Shown piece by piece: positions 9,985 through 21,113 of a stretch of 64,000 nt of DNA. A program made the position numbers and the translations under genes. The stretch spans positions 64,001 to 128,000 of the forward strand of contig CBEVQO010000002.1 of NCBI GenBank assembly GCA_965552055.1. Direction: 5' to 3'. The DNA comes from an uncultured bacterium (GTDB lineage Bacteria > Hydrothermota > UBA3073 > NMUJ01 > CBEVQO01). The notes under the pieces were generated by a model. The model was not told the origin of the DNA, searched no databases, and worked only from the letters and a program-made list of their open reading frames with translations. Position 1 is the stretch's first letter. Each line of letters starts with the position of its first letter.

Positions 9985-10870
9985 CTTCCAAAATCTTTTT
10001 TACAGCTTCAGTATAAGATACTTCCGATAAATCTATCCACCTCACATTTTCAAATTTTTTAAAAAATGTAATCTGATGCTTTGCATATCTTTTTGTATTC
10101 TTTTTTATTAGATTAACGGCGTCCAGTAAATTCATCTTCCCGCTCAAATATTCAATTATCTCCTTATAACCTATCGTCTGCAAAGAATTAAGATTTGGAG
10201 GATATCTTGAAAGCAAATTTTTAACTTCTTCTACAAGACCCTGATTTATCATTCTATCCACTCTTTTCTCTATTCTCCTGTAAAGCTCTCTTCTATCCAT
10301 TATCAACCCGAAATATATTGGTTCAAATTCTCTTTTTACTTTTTGTTTTTTCAACTCCGATATTCTTTTTCCTGTCGCTCTATAAATTTCCAATGCTCTT
10401 ACTATTCTCTTTTTATCATTTGGATGTAATTTTTGCGCTGTTTCAAAATCTACTTTTTTTAATTCTTCATATAAATCTTTTGTCGGCAATTTCATCAATT
10501 CTTCTCTTATTTCTTTTATTTTATCTTTCACATCGTCAGGTAACCTAAAAAAGCCTTCAAATAACGCTTTCATGTAAAGAGGAGAACCTCCAACTACAAT
10601 TTTTTCTTTGCCATTTTTCAAAATATTGCCTGCTTCTTCTGCATACATAAATGCATTATATTCTTCATCGGGATAAATTATATCTATCATATAGTGCTTC
10701 ACTGCTTCCAGTTGCTCTTTCGTGGGCTTATTTGTCCCTATATCCATATACTTATAAATCTGACGCGAATCACATGATACTATTTCGGCACCCAGTTTTT
10801 GCGCAACTTCAATGCTTATCTCGGTCTTACCAATAGCAGTTGGTCCAAGTATTACTTTTATTTTTTTCAT
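9977..10870 (-). CDS. miaA: tRNA dimethylallyltransferase
   Basis: GPTAIGKT, DSRQIY, DIGTNKP and TKRYAKHQ motifs; start moved to the ATG at 10870 (ATGA overlap with the TonB-domain gene). Confidence 0.97.
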   Translation of the reverse strand: MKKIKVILGPTAIGKTEISIEVAQKLGAEIVSCDSRQIYKYMDIGTNKPTKEQLEAVKHYMIDIIYPDEEYNAFMYAEEAGNILKNGKEKIVVGGSPLYMKALFEGFFRLPDDVKDKIKEIREELMKLPTKDLYEELKKVDFETAQKLHPNDKKRIVRALEIYRATGKRISELKKQKVKREFEPIYFGLIMDRRELYRRIEKRVDRMINQGLVEEVKNLLSRYPPNLNSLQTIGYKEIIEYLSGKMNLLDAVNLIKKNTKRYAKHQITFFKKFENVRWIDLSEVSYTEAVKKILEDG

Positions 10871-11445
10871 TTCAATTTGTAAATAAAAGTTATTGTCCCT
10901 TTCTGGATTTTTTGTGGCAAATTCGGTGGTAACTCTTCGAATTTCCATTCTCTTAAAGCATTAAGTGTTATATCATCAAAAGGTGCACCTCCTCTTTTTA
11001 ACAATTTCATTTTCACAATTTCACCCGATGGTGCAACATAAATCTCTACTTTTACACGGGCTTCTCTCTGTACTCCTTCAGGATATTTTGGTATCACTTT
11101 CTTTATAATTTTCCTTGTTATTATTTCTCCTGTTATTACAAATGGTAATTTTTCTGCCGTATCTTCAAAAACAGGTTGCAGTTTTTCTATCCCTTCTTTT
11201 GGTGTGATTTCTATTTTTTCTTTTTCTACTGGTATTTTTATCTCCTCTGCTGGGGTGCGGGCTTCAGGTAGCGTTATAAAGGGTTGCTCGGCTGATGAGG
11301 GTAGCTCGGGGGACTTTTCTTCCTTAATCAAACCAACTTCAACAAAAAATGCCTCTTTTATCTCACTTCTTATATGTATTGCCCTGAAAATAAAAAATAA
11401 ACCAGCATGAATGAGCAAAGAAATTATCAATCCCCTGATAATCAT
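10867..11445 (-). CDS. TonB family energy transducer
   Basis: N-terminal TM helix with SxxxH; C-terminal PKYP...WKF domain. Confidence 0.8.
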   Translation of the reverse strand: MIIRGLIISLLIHAGLFFIFRAIHIRSEIKEAFFVEVGLIKEEKSPELPSSAEQPFITLPEARTPAEEIKIPVEKEKIEITPKEGIEKLQPVFEDTAEKLPFVITGEIITRKIIKKVIPKYPEGVQREARVKVEIYVAPSGEIVKMKLLKRGGAPFDDITLNALREWKFEELPPNLPQKIQKGTITFIYKLK

Positions 11446-13397
11446 TTTTTAAGGAAAAGCCACTTATCGGATAAATTCGCCATCAACTCTTTTAACCTTT
11501 TGAAATCAGCATAATCCAGAGTATCAATAAAATCCGTGTTTATAAAATATTCATCCTCAAAAATCAATTTATTTTTACCTTTCTTAAATCTCGCCTCATA
11601 ACTTCCTATTTTCGTATTAATTTTTACATTTTCGGGCAGTGCTTCAATCTTATATCCTTCTGGCAGTATTATTTCTATCCTGTTTATCTCTTTTATCTTT
11701 CTTCCTATTTTAAATGGATATTTTCTCTTTTCTATTCCAACATCTCTTGCAGAGTATTTTATTCCTGGCAATTTTAACAGCATATAATCGCCCGCTATTT
11801 TTGCAACATCTTTTGCATGGTATTTCAATTTTATCCTCATTTTTTTGTTAAAGTTCTCAAAATCTGTAATTTTATAATCCAAAAGTTCGGCTCCCGGGAA
11901 TACTTCATTTATCAGATTTTCCACCCGCTTTTTAACTTCCTCCGGATATAGTTCTTTCCACTTCCTGATTTCTGTTTCCGTTTCTCCATTCAAATAAATT
12001 TCTTCAAAAATCTCAGCATCTCCTTTTTCATCTAATTTCACCTTTTTAATATCCTCTACCTTTTCTGCATTTTCATTCATCAAAGGTATTTCTACAATTT
12101 CTCCTTCATTTATCGACAGCCCTTTAGTCCCCTGATAACATGGTTTTATGTATCCAAATTTTATAACATCATCTTCGGGATTTAGGTAAACATCTCCCAG
12201 TTTTACGATTGCTGATGTAAACTGTAAAAGCGAAGGGACTTTTTCTGCTAAATCACCCTTACATTTTCTTCTACACAAAATAAGGTCCGCATCATAGCCC
12301 GCTTTTCTCAATTTATAATAAAGTAAAAACGCTTTATCAAGACCATTACCTGCTTTTTCTTTCAAAATTTCATCTACATTTTTAGGATAAACTTTGTAAT
12401 TTCTGCTACTTATATTAATGTATTTTATTTTCTTCAAAACCTCATAGTAAATATCTTTTGCTTTTCTCTTTTTTTCCTTTTTAATTTCTCCAATTCTTTC
12501 CCTGAATTTTTTTGCTAAAGTTTGCCAATCTGTTTTCAATGCAACTATTACTTTTGGTAAAATTCTCGATAATTTTGGCATGGATGGTTCTTTAAAAATA
12601 CCTTTATATTCTTTAATCTCAAAAATGTAAATTTTTTTCTCACCTTTTTCAAAGATTTTTGGCTTGCCCATTCTAAAAGTTTGATAATTTACAGGTAATT
12701 CTGTTTCGATTATCAGCCTGCTTTCTATTACTGGTTCTTTATCTCCCATTAAAATTTCGAACTCTACTGGATGCTCTTCATCTGGTTTGCCCTTTTTCAC
12801 GATACAAAAATCTGTAATCGCTCCTACTTCTGCTGCTGGCAACGCAAATTTTAAATAACTCAAATTCTGATATTGTGGAACTGAAGAATAAGCTATCATT
12901 TTCTCGATAGCATTATCCCTTATCGATATCACCCTACCATCTCTACTTACTGTGCGTGCAAATAAAACATCGGCATTTTCATTCGAAGATAAATAAGGAT
13001 ATATCACATTTGCGCTCACTTTCCCCTGTTCCGTCAAAATTTTTCTTATCACTCTTTTTCTCAAAATATAACTGCTATCACTTTTAATTTTTATGTGTGT
13101 TTCAACAAACAGGTTAACATAATTTGCATATGTATATTTTGAAACATCTTCTTTTAATGTTTTCTTCAAAACGCTATCTGTAATGTCCTCTGCTCTCTCC
13201 CACTCATCTCCTTCTCTCCTTTTACTTAAATCTATCGAAGTAACGCTATCAATTGAAATCTCAATGGTATCTCCTTCAGCCAAAAATTCAACATTTGCAC
13301 TATCAAGATACAACAATTTTCCTCTTAATTCTTCACCATTTTTGAGATACAAAATATCTCCAGCAAAAACAAAGATGAATAACAATATCTTTATCAT
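11442..13397 (-). CDS. DUF3857/transglutaminase-like protein, apparently non-catalytic
   Basis: DUF3857-like region (ARTV..DG; LPAAEVG); GNGLDKA replaces GDCxDKA. Confidence 0.75.
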   Translation of the reverse strand: MIKILLFIFVFAGDILYLKNGEELRGKLLYLDSANVEFLAEGDTIEISIDSVTSIDLSKRREGDEWERAEDITDSVLKKTLKEDVSKYTYANYVNLFVETHIKIKSDSSYILRKRVIRKILTEQGKVSANVIYPYLSSNENADVLFARTVSRDGRVISIRDNAIEKMIAYSSVPQYQNLSYLKFALPAAEVGAITDFCIVKKGKPDEEHPVEFEILMGDKEPVIESRLIIETELPVNYQTFRMGKPKIFEKGEKKIYIFEIKEYKGIFKEPSMPKLSRILPKVIVALKTDWQTLAKKFRERIGEIKKEKKRKAKDIYYEVLKKIKYINISSRNYKVYPKNVDEILKEKAGNGLDKAFLLYYKLRKAGYDADLILCRRKCKGDLAEKVPSLLQFTSAIVKLGDVYLNPEDDVIKFGYIKPCYQGTKGLSINEGEIVEIPLMNENAEKVEDIKKVKLDEKGDAEIFEEIYLNGETETEIRKWKELYPEEVKKRVENLINEVFPGAELLDYKITDFENFNKKMRIKLKYHAKDVAKIAGDYMLLKLPGIKYSARDVGIEKRKYPFKIGRKIKEINRIEIILPEGYKIEALPENVKINTKIGSYEARFKKGKNKLIFEDEYFINTDFIDTLDYADFKRLKELMANLSDKWLFLKK

Positions 13398-15415
13398 AAC
13401 TCCTCCCTGTAAACAAAAATAATGGGCTTAGAAACCCAATTCCTTATCTTTTGTATGAATTCCCTAAATGCAGGATAATCCTTAACTCCTACTCTTTGAC
13501 CTTCTCTGTAATAATAATCTTCATAAATTAAAGTATCACCCCTTAAATAAACTTTGCCATTGAATCCTGCAAAACCTATCTCTTCTTTTATCTCTTCAGG
13601 AAGATATTCAACTTTCAAATTTTTGGGAAGTAAAAGTTTAAAGCAATGTCTTATTCCCTGGGAACTCGGATACATCAATGGATATTTTCTATCTACCAGG
13701 TTTACTTCAGAAAAACTGTATCTTCTTTTTATCTCGGGAAAGCTAAAAACTCCTATCTTTCCTGTTTTTTGAATATAATTGGCAATCTTATATTTCATTC
13801 GCAATGCAAAAGGTTTATCGAGGTTCCACAGATTTTCAATTTTATAGGATATCAATTCTGCATCGGGTGACTCCGCTTTTACCATTTCTTTGAATCTCAT
13901 CTCATATTCTGCGGGCTTTACACTTTGCCAGTAATATCTCAGCCAGCATTCATAATCGCCATTGTATTTTGCATAAAAATCAACATATAGAGTATCTTTT
14001 ACCAGCTTTAAGTCATAATTATATTCTCTCAAATTCTGTTCTGGCTTTAAAACCGGTGTCAAACTTATTTTCCTTTTCTGTGCGTTTATAGCCCAAACTC
14101 CCTGATCCATATCGGCATAATGTGGATAGCGGGAATTCCTTCCAGTAGGGTCAAGAAAAATATTTCTTCCGTCCTTCAAAAATACTTCAACAATTGCATG
14201 ATTGCCCGTGAAACTCGGCATACTGACAATTGTAGTATCTTCGTCATTTGTCGTTACATAAACTGGATACGCCTCTATTCCTGCTGCTCTTAGCATCGTG
14301 GAGAATAATATCGCTTTGTCTGTGCAATCACCATAGCCATTCTTCAAAGTCTCATCCGCTCTGTGACCGGATACCCCGGAAGCTGCTGCACCCTTTATCG
14401 AAATGTATCTTATATTTCTTTGCACCCAGTGGTATAACTTCGCTATCTTTGCTTCTTCAGTTTGCAAACCATTTATCAAACTATCGACCAGATTTTTAAT
14501 TTCATCTGTTATTATCATCCTATTTTTTTGAAATTTAGAATACCAATCGAATATTTTATCCCATGTTTTGTTTATGGAAGTGCTTAATCTCGGTATAAAA
14601 ATGGCAATGGGTGGCATATTTGGTTCTTCGATGACCGGTTCGACATCACGCATACTGAACTTATAAATTTTATAACTATCTGTAAATGTGCTCTCTATCT
14701 CTACATTTTTAGCTTTTATCAGTGTAAAGTAAAGATTTTTATCTTTTGGGATTTTTATCTCAATTTGCGAGAATAACACTGGGGTAGTTCCTCCGAAAAA
14801 CCATTCGGGTGAAAATTCTTCTTTATACCATGGATTAAAGACCTCATATTCATACTTATACTCGATAATATCACCAACTTCCACTTCTGGTAGAGAAAAA
14901 GAAAGTGCTTTACTTTTGCCGTAATAAACTATTCCTCTGTAAGGTGTTATAACCTTTATATCTTCGGGCTTCAAACTTAAAATTCTGCCATCGGGCTTTA
15001 TTGTCCTTGCAAGCAAAATTTTTACCCTGCTTTCTTCTTCATCATACCATATTGTTTTTGTACCCCATTTTCTTTTCTCCTGTTTTAATATGAGACCTGA
15101 ATAATGTATTTTATAAATTCTTTTACCATCTGGCTTTAATATTGCGGTCATTTTATCTTCTAGCACAATTGCAGGTGCATTGGGATATTTTTTACGACCA
15201 TCTTTTGCGAGCCTGAGAAGATTATAAATGTTAGAATCGGCTTTTATCGCTGTTTCGTATTTTTTCGCAGTAAATTTTATGGATTTCACTTCATTACGGG
15301 TAAAGAAAGTATCATCCGTAAACAAAGTATCGTTTCGATAAAGATAATTGAATAAATCTAAGGATTTACCCGAATAGAGTTCAACCTTTATTATCAGAAT
15401 TAAAATCCACAGCAT
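13394..15415 (-). CDS. DUF3857 + transglutaminase-like domain protein
   Basis: ARTIKPDG, LPEVEVGDIIEY; triad motifs GDCTDKA, NHAI, LDPT. Confidence 0.88.
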   Translation of the reverse strand: MLWILILIIKVELYSGKSLDLFNYLYRNDTLFTDDTFFTRNEVKSIKFTAKKYETAIKADSNIYNLLRLAKDGRKKYPNAPAIVLEDKMTAILKPDGKRIYKIHYSGLILKQEKRKWGTKTIWYDEEESRVKILLARTIKPDGRILSLKPEDIKVITPYRGIVYYGKSKALSFSLPEVEVGDIIEYKYEYEVFNPWYKEEFSPEWFFGGTTPVLFSQIEIKIPKDKNLYFTLIKAKNVEIESTFTDSYKIYKFSMRDVEPVIEEPNMPPIAIFIPRLSTSINKTWDKIFDWYSKFQKNRMIITDEIKNLVDSLINGLQTEEAKIAKLYHWVQRNIRYISIKGAAASGVSGHRADETLKNGYGDCTDKAILFSTMLRAAGIEAYPVYVTTNDEDTTIVSMPSFTGNHAIVEVFLKDGRNIFLDPTGRNSRYPHYADMDQGVWAINAQKRKISLTPVLKPEQNLREYNYDLKLVKDTLYVDFYAKYNGDYECWLRYYWQSVKPAEYEMRFKEMVKAESPDAELISYKIENLWNLDKPFALRMKYKIANYIQKTGKIGVFSFPEIKRRYSFSEVNLVDRKYPLMYPSSQGIRHCFKLLLPKNLKVEYLPEEIKEEIGFAGFNGKVYLRGDTLIYEDYYYREGQRVGVKDYPAFREFIQKIRNWVSKPIIFVYREEL

Positions 15416-15421
15416 ACACTA

Positions 15422-15448
15422 ATTATAATCGATTTATCATCCTGTCAA
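15422..15448 (-). promoter_or_regulatory. Promoter TTGACA-N15-TATAAT, probably leaderless
   Basis: Perfect hexamers; 6 nt before the ATG at 15415. Confidence 0.7.
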
Positions 15449-15470
15449 GTTGTTTTCAACGGGAACCCGG

Positions 15471-15958
15471 TTAAATTACGGGTAGGAGGTTAAAAGAGCC
15501 ACAGCGGAGTCAAGACATTGCCTTAGTAACGAGGGATGTGATTAAAATTTTTAACAACTTTATTAAAATTTTTAAATTTTTTGTTAAATTTTTTAACATT
15601 GATATCAAAATTTTTAAAATTTGTGTTAAATTTTTTATCACGAGCGAAGCGAGTGCATTACCAATGGGTTGTGAGCCAACACCCCGAGCGGTAAGGGCGG
15701 GACTACACTTTGGAAGCGTTTTTGCGACTGGTTTTATTTATTGGGTTTAAAAGCGGAGAAGCGTTAGGAGTTGGGAACATGACTTATTACGGGTGGGCGT
15801 ATAAGTGCGGTTAAGGGTTTTGTGGTGATTTGAGGATTTTGATGGAGAATCTGGCTAAATTACGGGTAGTAGGTTAAAGAAGCCACATCGGTGTCAGGTC
15901 TGTGACCTGCGTAGCGAGGGGTGTGCACGAGGGCGGTGGGGACAGGGAGGCGGGGCTA
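15471..15958. repeat. Dispersed modular intergenic element, copy B
   Basis: Same blocks as A/C/D, with an internal AT-rich TTAAAATTTTT tandem tract. Confidence 0.85.
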
Positions 15959-15960
15959 AA

Positions 15961-16938
15961 TTAAATCTCCAATGTTTTATATCCTTTTTCTAAATAGTTT
16001 TTCACATAATCATCTACTCCCATTTCGAGTTCTATAAAATCTTTTTTGTATCCTGCTTTGCGTAATTTTGTAATGTCTGCCTGTGTAAAATACTGATATT
16101 TATCCCTTAAATCTTCTGGCATCTCGATATACTTTATTCTGGGTTTCTTTCCCAGTGCATTGAAAATTGATACCGCCAAAGCATTCCATTCGCGTGCTTT
16201 ACCCGTGCCCACATTGTAAATGCCAGATAATCCTCCATTTTTATAGAAAAATAGAGTAACTTCGACTGCATCTTTCACATAGATAAAATCACGCTTCTGC
16301 TCACCATGTTTATACTCTGGCTTATAGGATTTGAATAACCTTATGAACCCATATTTTTTTATCTGTTCGTATCCTTTTAAAACTACGCTACGCATTTCGC
16401 CTTTGTGATATTCGTTTGGTCCGTAAACATTGAAATATTTTAGCCCAACGATTTCCTTTAAATAACCCTTTCTGTATGCCCACAGGTCAAAGATGTGTTT
16501 TGAAAAAGCATAGGGGTTTAAAGGTCTCAATTTATATAAATTTTTTTCGTCATCGGAGAAACCTTCTTCACCTGTTCCGTAAGTAGCTGCACTTGAAGCG
16601 TATATGAATCTCACTCCATTTTTTATCGCCCATTCGCATAAAATTTTTGAATATTCGAAATTATTTTTTATGAGATAACTCATATTTCGTTCAAGGGTAG
16701 AAGTGCATGCACCAAGATGGAAGATACACTCTATTTCTTTGCCAAATTTATTTTTTAAAATTGCTTCAAGGAAATCTCCTTTTTCCATGTAATCTGCAAA
16801 TTTTAGTGGATTTAAATTTTTCCATTTATCAGATGTTGAAAGATTATCAACAACAATGATGTCGTCTATCCCTTCTTTATTGAGTCGCCATATCAATGCA
16901 CTTCCTATGAATCCTGCTCCACCTGTTACAATAATCAT
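15961..16938 (-). CDS. hldD: ADP-L-glycero-D-manno-heptose 6-epimerase
   Basis: TGGAGFIGS, YASSAATYG, YFNVYGPNEYHKG and YQYFTQAD motifs. Confidence 0.95.
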   Translation of the reverse strand: MIIVTGGAGFIGSALIWRLNKEGIDDIIVVDNLSTSDKWKNLNPLKFADYMEKGDFLEAILKNKFGKEIECIFHLGACTSTLERNMSYLIKNNFEYSKILCEWAIKNGVRFIYASSAATYGTGEEGFSDDEKNLYKLRPLNPYAFSKHIFDLWAYRKGYLKEIVGLKYFNVYGPNEYHKGEMRSVVLKGYEQIKKYGFIRLFKSYKPEYKHGEQKRDFIYVKDAVEVTLFFYKNGGLSGIYNVGTGKAREWNALAVSIFNALGKKPRIKYIEMPEDLRDKYQYFTQADITKLRKAGYKKDFIELEMGVDDYVKNYLEKGYKTLEI

Positions 16939-17483
16939 ACTTCTAACAATTTTTTGATTTCATTATAAATTCTCATATCCTGTGCCATATCCGAAAATTT
17001 CTCTGCCCATTTTATCAAATATTCTTTATCTATTTTTTCTTTCCATCTTATCATTATTTTTTCTGCATCTGCCGTGTCTTGTTTTCTACCCGCTACTACC
17101 TTAAACAATATCAAATCCTCTGGAGAAGGAAAATTTGCCTCTACTCCAAATATTTCTATTCTCTGTCTTCTATTAAATGCTTCTTTTTCAAAATCTGTTG
17201 ATGCTATTATGAAATCAATTCTCACCTCATCGTATTTTATTGCGAAGGTGCCGAAAAGTTTTGCCCTTTTTGTTTGCCTTTCCACATCAAAGGTGAATCC
17301 TTCTTTTGCGAATTTCTCTAAAATTTGTTGTATTTTATCTTTTTCAATAAAAATGCAAATATCAATGTCTTCTGTGAAGCGTGGCTCACCGAGTATGGAA
17401 GATGCAATTCCTCCTATTACAAGGTAATTTATTTTTTCATTTTCAAGGAAATTTATTATTTTTCTAAATGTTTCTTTTAGCAT
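16935..17483 (-). CDS. Nucleotidyltransferase (DUF6036/AbiEii-like)
   Basis: GGIA....GEPRFTEDID; SPEDLILFK..AGRKQD. Confidence 0.8.
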   Translation of the reverse strand: MLKETFRKIINFLENEKINYLVIGGIASSILGEPRFTEDIDICIFIEKDKIQQILEKFAKEGFTFDVERQTKRAKLFGTFAIKYDEVRIDFIIASTDFEKEAFNRRQRIEIFGVEANFPSPEDLILFKVVAGRKQDTADAEKIMIRWKEKIDKEYLIKWAEKFSDMAQDMRIYNEIKKLLEV

Positions 17484-17673
17484 TTTTCAATGTATAGATT
17501 AAGGATTTAGGTTCGTCTTCTTTTAAATTTCTTTTCATTATTTCGGGTAATTCTATTGATAGCAGATTTTGTGTCCTTCTTACTGCTTCTTTTATTGTTA
17601 AATTTTTCAGCATTTCTTCTTTTTCTTTTTTCCATAATTTAAATCTTTCTTTATCCAGCAATGTTCCTTTCAT
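17464..17673 (-). CDS. Small hypothetical protein, putative partner of the nucleotidyltransferase
   Basis: 69 aa, overlaps both neighbours. Confidence 0.55.
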   Translation of the reverse strand: MKGTLLDKERFKLWKKEKEEMLKNLTIKEAVRRTQNLLSIELPEIMKRNLKEDEPKSLIYTLKNAKRNI

Positions 17674-18155
17674 AGCCAGCCTTTTTCTTTGAAGCCTTCT
17701 TTTAATATTTTTTGTGTTTCTTTAAGTGCTTGTGGTATAACCTTTGTATCGCCGAGCACCGGCATAAAGTTTGTATCTCCTTCCCATCTTGGCACGATGT
17801 GAATATGCAGGTGGTCTCTTATCCCTGCACCCGCGCATCTCCCGATATTCACACCGATGTTAAAACCATGAGGATTTATCTTTTCTCTCAAAACTTCTAT
17901 TGATTGAGTGATGAGTTCAAAAATATCGAGTATTTCTTCCTGTGTTAAATCTTTGAATTCTGCTTTGTGTGCAATCGGTGCAATCATTACATGACCTGAA
18001 TTATAGGGATATGCATTTAATATGACAAACGCTTTTTTGCTTATTTTTACAACATATTTTTCATCTGGATTTTTGAGTGCTTCACAAAATATACATCCAG
18101 TTTTATCTGCCTTTTTGATATATTCAATCCTCCATGGTGCCCACAATTTCTCCAT
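17670..18155 (-). CDS. HIT family hydrolase
   Basis: LWAPWR, CIFC, YPYNSGH and HLHIHIVPRW motifs. Confidence 0.93.
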   Translation of the reverse strand: MEKLWAPWRIEYIKKADKTGCIFCEALKNPDEKYVVKISKKAFVILNAYPYNSGHVMIAPIAHKAEFKDLTQEEILDIFELITQSIEVLREKINPHGFNIGVNIGRCAGAGIRDHLHIHIVPRWEGDTNFMPVLGDTKVIPQALKETQKILKEGFKEKGWL

Positions 18156-18160
18156 CTAAA

Positions 18161-18187
18161 ATTTTAAATATAATATCAAAATGTCAA
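18161..18187 (-). promoter_or_regulatory. Promoter TTGACA-N15-TAAAAT, probably leaderless
   Basis: 5 nt before the ATG at 18155. Confidence 0.65.
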
Positions 18188-18193
18188 GATTAA

Positions 18194-18385
18194 TTATCCT
18201 TCGGATAGAGCTATTTGTTTTTTCTTAGGAGGTTTGCCGTATTTTTGTATTATATCTTCCATTTCTTTATCTGATACATAGGGTAGAGATTGGAGTATGA
18301 GTTTTATTTTTTCTTCCTGAATTACCTCTCGTACTGCTTCTTTTATGATATTTTTCAATTCGCTCAATTCTATTGCTACTTTCAT
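18194..18385 (-). CDS. Small antitoxin-like hypothetical protein
   Basis: ELKNIIKEAVREVI..E and PYVSDKEMEDI; own promoter at 18401-18427 and an RBS. Confidence 0.6.
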   Translation of the reverse strand: MKVAIELSELKNIIKEAVREVIQEEKIKLILQSLPYVSDKEMEDIIQKYGKPPKKKQIALSEG

Positions 18386-18492
18386 ATTCCCCCTTATACT
18401 ATTTTATCCATTATTTTTATGTGTCAATAAATTTTTCAATAGCAGGCATCCCGAACGACATCATTTTGAAATCGCTAAAAAGAATTTCATTT

Positions 18493-21113
18493 TCAATAAT
18501 TTCGCTTTGTTAATTTCTTTACATAACTTTCGTAAAGTGCTTTTATTTCTTCATCGGATAATGCACGATTGTAAATGCGTACTTCGTCAATTATACCATG
18601 AAGGTAATTCCCGTTAACAGGACATCTACCAATATTTATACCTTCTGTATTTCTTGTCCCTGAAATTACAATAGCAGTTGATGTATCAAATATTCCATTT
18701 ATGAAAAGACTAATATTAGAGGTATTAAAAACTGCCACTAAAAAGTACCAAGTACCCGTATCTGGGTGAATAGAACTGAATAACCGATTTTCTGTCCAAC
18801 CATCCCATGCTGCTACCCTAAAAGCATAATTTTCGCCAGTCACAGGATCGGTAGCTCTGTAACCAATATACCATGAGATTGGGCAATTAGTTTCTTCTCT
18901 GTCGATGCAAAAAGTGTAATCACCTGAAGATGGTAAAGTCTTAAGGTTTACCCATAATGCAATTGAATATTCTTGATTTGATATCTCAAAACTTGTAAAA
19001 CCCTCATTTACCACTTTCACATAATCATCTACTCCGTCAAAATATAGGGCGTTTCCGGATATTCCCTGTGTCCATGTTGCTCCGTATATTACTCCGTGGT
19101 TACCATGTCCTGAATAATCATAAGCAGTGTCACCCTCTCCTTCGTCGAAGGAAAGGTATAGAACGAGACCTGTTGTATCAACACCTGTTTCGTATATCAC
19201 AATTTGATGTGCGGTTGACCAGCCAGATAATGCCCCATTTTCATCTTTTGCCTGTGCTTTCACATAGTAAGTGCCTGTGGATGTGTAAGTATGGCTCATT
19301 GATATTGATTGTCCTGATGATACATAAGAGCTCCAGGAAGAAGTATCTCCATCACCCCAATCAAATCTTATTGCTACATTATCACCATCTGGGTCTGTTG
19401 CACTTGCTGTGAAAGTTACACTCTCATTTACCTGTGCACTATCTGAACCCGAAATTACAGGTGCATCAGGCGGATTATTTTGTACCTCTCCTATTGTTAC
19501 TGTGAGTGCTGTTTTCCAGTTCCATGTGTATCTTGCACCTTTTGTATCTTTTGCCTGCACCATAACTGTATATGTACCTGCATTTGTATAAGTGTGCTCC
19601 ATTGAGATACTTTGCCCTGAACTTACAAAATTACTCCATCCAGAAGTATCGCCATCGCCCCATGAAAATCTGTAACTTATTTCATCGCCATCTGGATCGG
19701 TTGTAACTGCTGAAAATGTCAAACTTTCTCCTGTATTGCCAGAAGTTGGACCACTTAATTGTGGTGGAGCAGGTGCCCTATCTCTTACACAGATAACAAA
19801 ATTCCCATTGCTGTTTTGTTCAACAAACCAGTAAACCGGTGCTTCACATTTAAATAAATCGGCAAAATAAATAATAAGGTCTCTACCATAAGTAGCGATT
19901 GAAAGTGCCTGTCCTATCGCCTTTAATACTTTTCCAACAACTTTTAACAATTTGGATGTTGATTGAGATGCATTTTCAACTTGTTGTGAAGAAATACCTT
20001 CTTTGCATATTTCATCTGCATTATCTTTTATCCATATTATTATTGTTTTATACAGCGCTGGAGAATTATCAGCTATTATTTTGAAAGTTTCTTTCACATC
20101 CACTGCCTGTTTCAAATACTCCACCGTATTTTTGAATAAATCCTGTGTTGATTGTGAAGACATAATAATGGTTACTAATTGCGTTAAATCTGGCAATGGC
20201 ACTTCTGACAGGAATATACCTGCTAAGAGATTTGCCACATGCAATACACCCTTCACAATGTTAGCTACTGCTACTTCTCCGTATATTGTTGATAAATCCC
20301 ACTTTTCAAATCCTTTTATCAATGTGAATTGTTCGAGTTGTAATGGATTTTGCAGTGCCACAGTTTGCTCTGGCACACGCTTCCAAGGTGGTAAAGCCCA
20401 TGCCCATTCTACTTTACCCGGTATTATTAATCCCGTTGTAGTATCATATCCCGATGATGTCGCTATAAATCCATAATAAATCGTTACCGAATCTTCAAAT
20501 AAAATTGTGTTTCCTGTTCCATCAACCGGATGTGGTGGTGAGAATGTTAACTTTTTCTCTCTTTTCTTTTCACTCAATACACTATAGATTATTTCAACTG
20601 CTTTGTTGTAAATTTCTGGATGCTTATCGTAATCTGATAGATTTTCTGGGTCATTTTTCAGTATTTCTTCTATCATGTCCACGAGTTCCTGGAATTCTGC
20701 TTTTTGTTGTGCTTCCTGTATAAATTGTGTTTTCACATCGTCATCTGCCAGTGCGAAGACTGGATTTAAGAGCAGTAAAGCTATTGCTGTTGAGCGAGCA
20801 TTCAGTTTGCATTTTTCCATTGAATCGGGCGTTATGTATCCCATCAATACTGGTACCGAATCTTTTGTAAATGCCACTATCAACTGATATGATGGCACTT
20901 CGTATGTATTCACTTCGAATGAGCCGTCACTTTGCACCTGTGTTTCACCTGCAGGTGTCACTACTGTGAGTTCATCTGGGCTCAGTGGTGATTCTGCTGG
21001 CAATTCTGTTTCGCCTTTTGTGTAGCCCATTTCTACTTTTTTCTTCTTGCAATTTGTCACCAGCAGTCCCCAATTATTACTGCAATGGAGAGGATTGAAA
21101 TTACACGCCTCAT
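18493..21113 (-). CDS. Lipoprotein with two PKD domains and a LamG domain; signal peptide out of frame
   Basis: Two WGDG PKD motifs; LamG motifs ALYFDG and IDEVRIYNRALS; ATG + AAGGAGG at 21113 is 1 nt out of frame with the body ORF 18493-21060. Confidence 0.8.
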
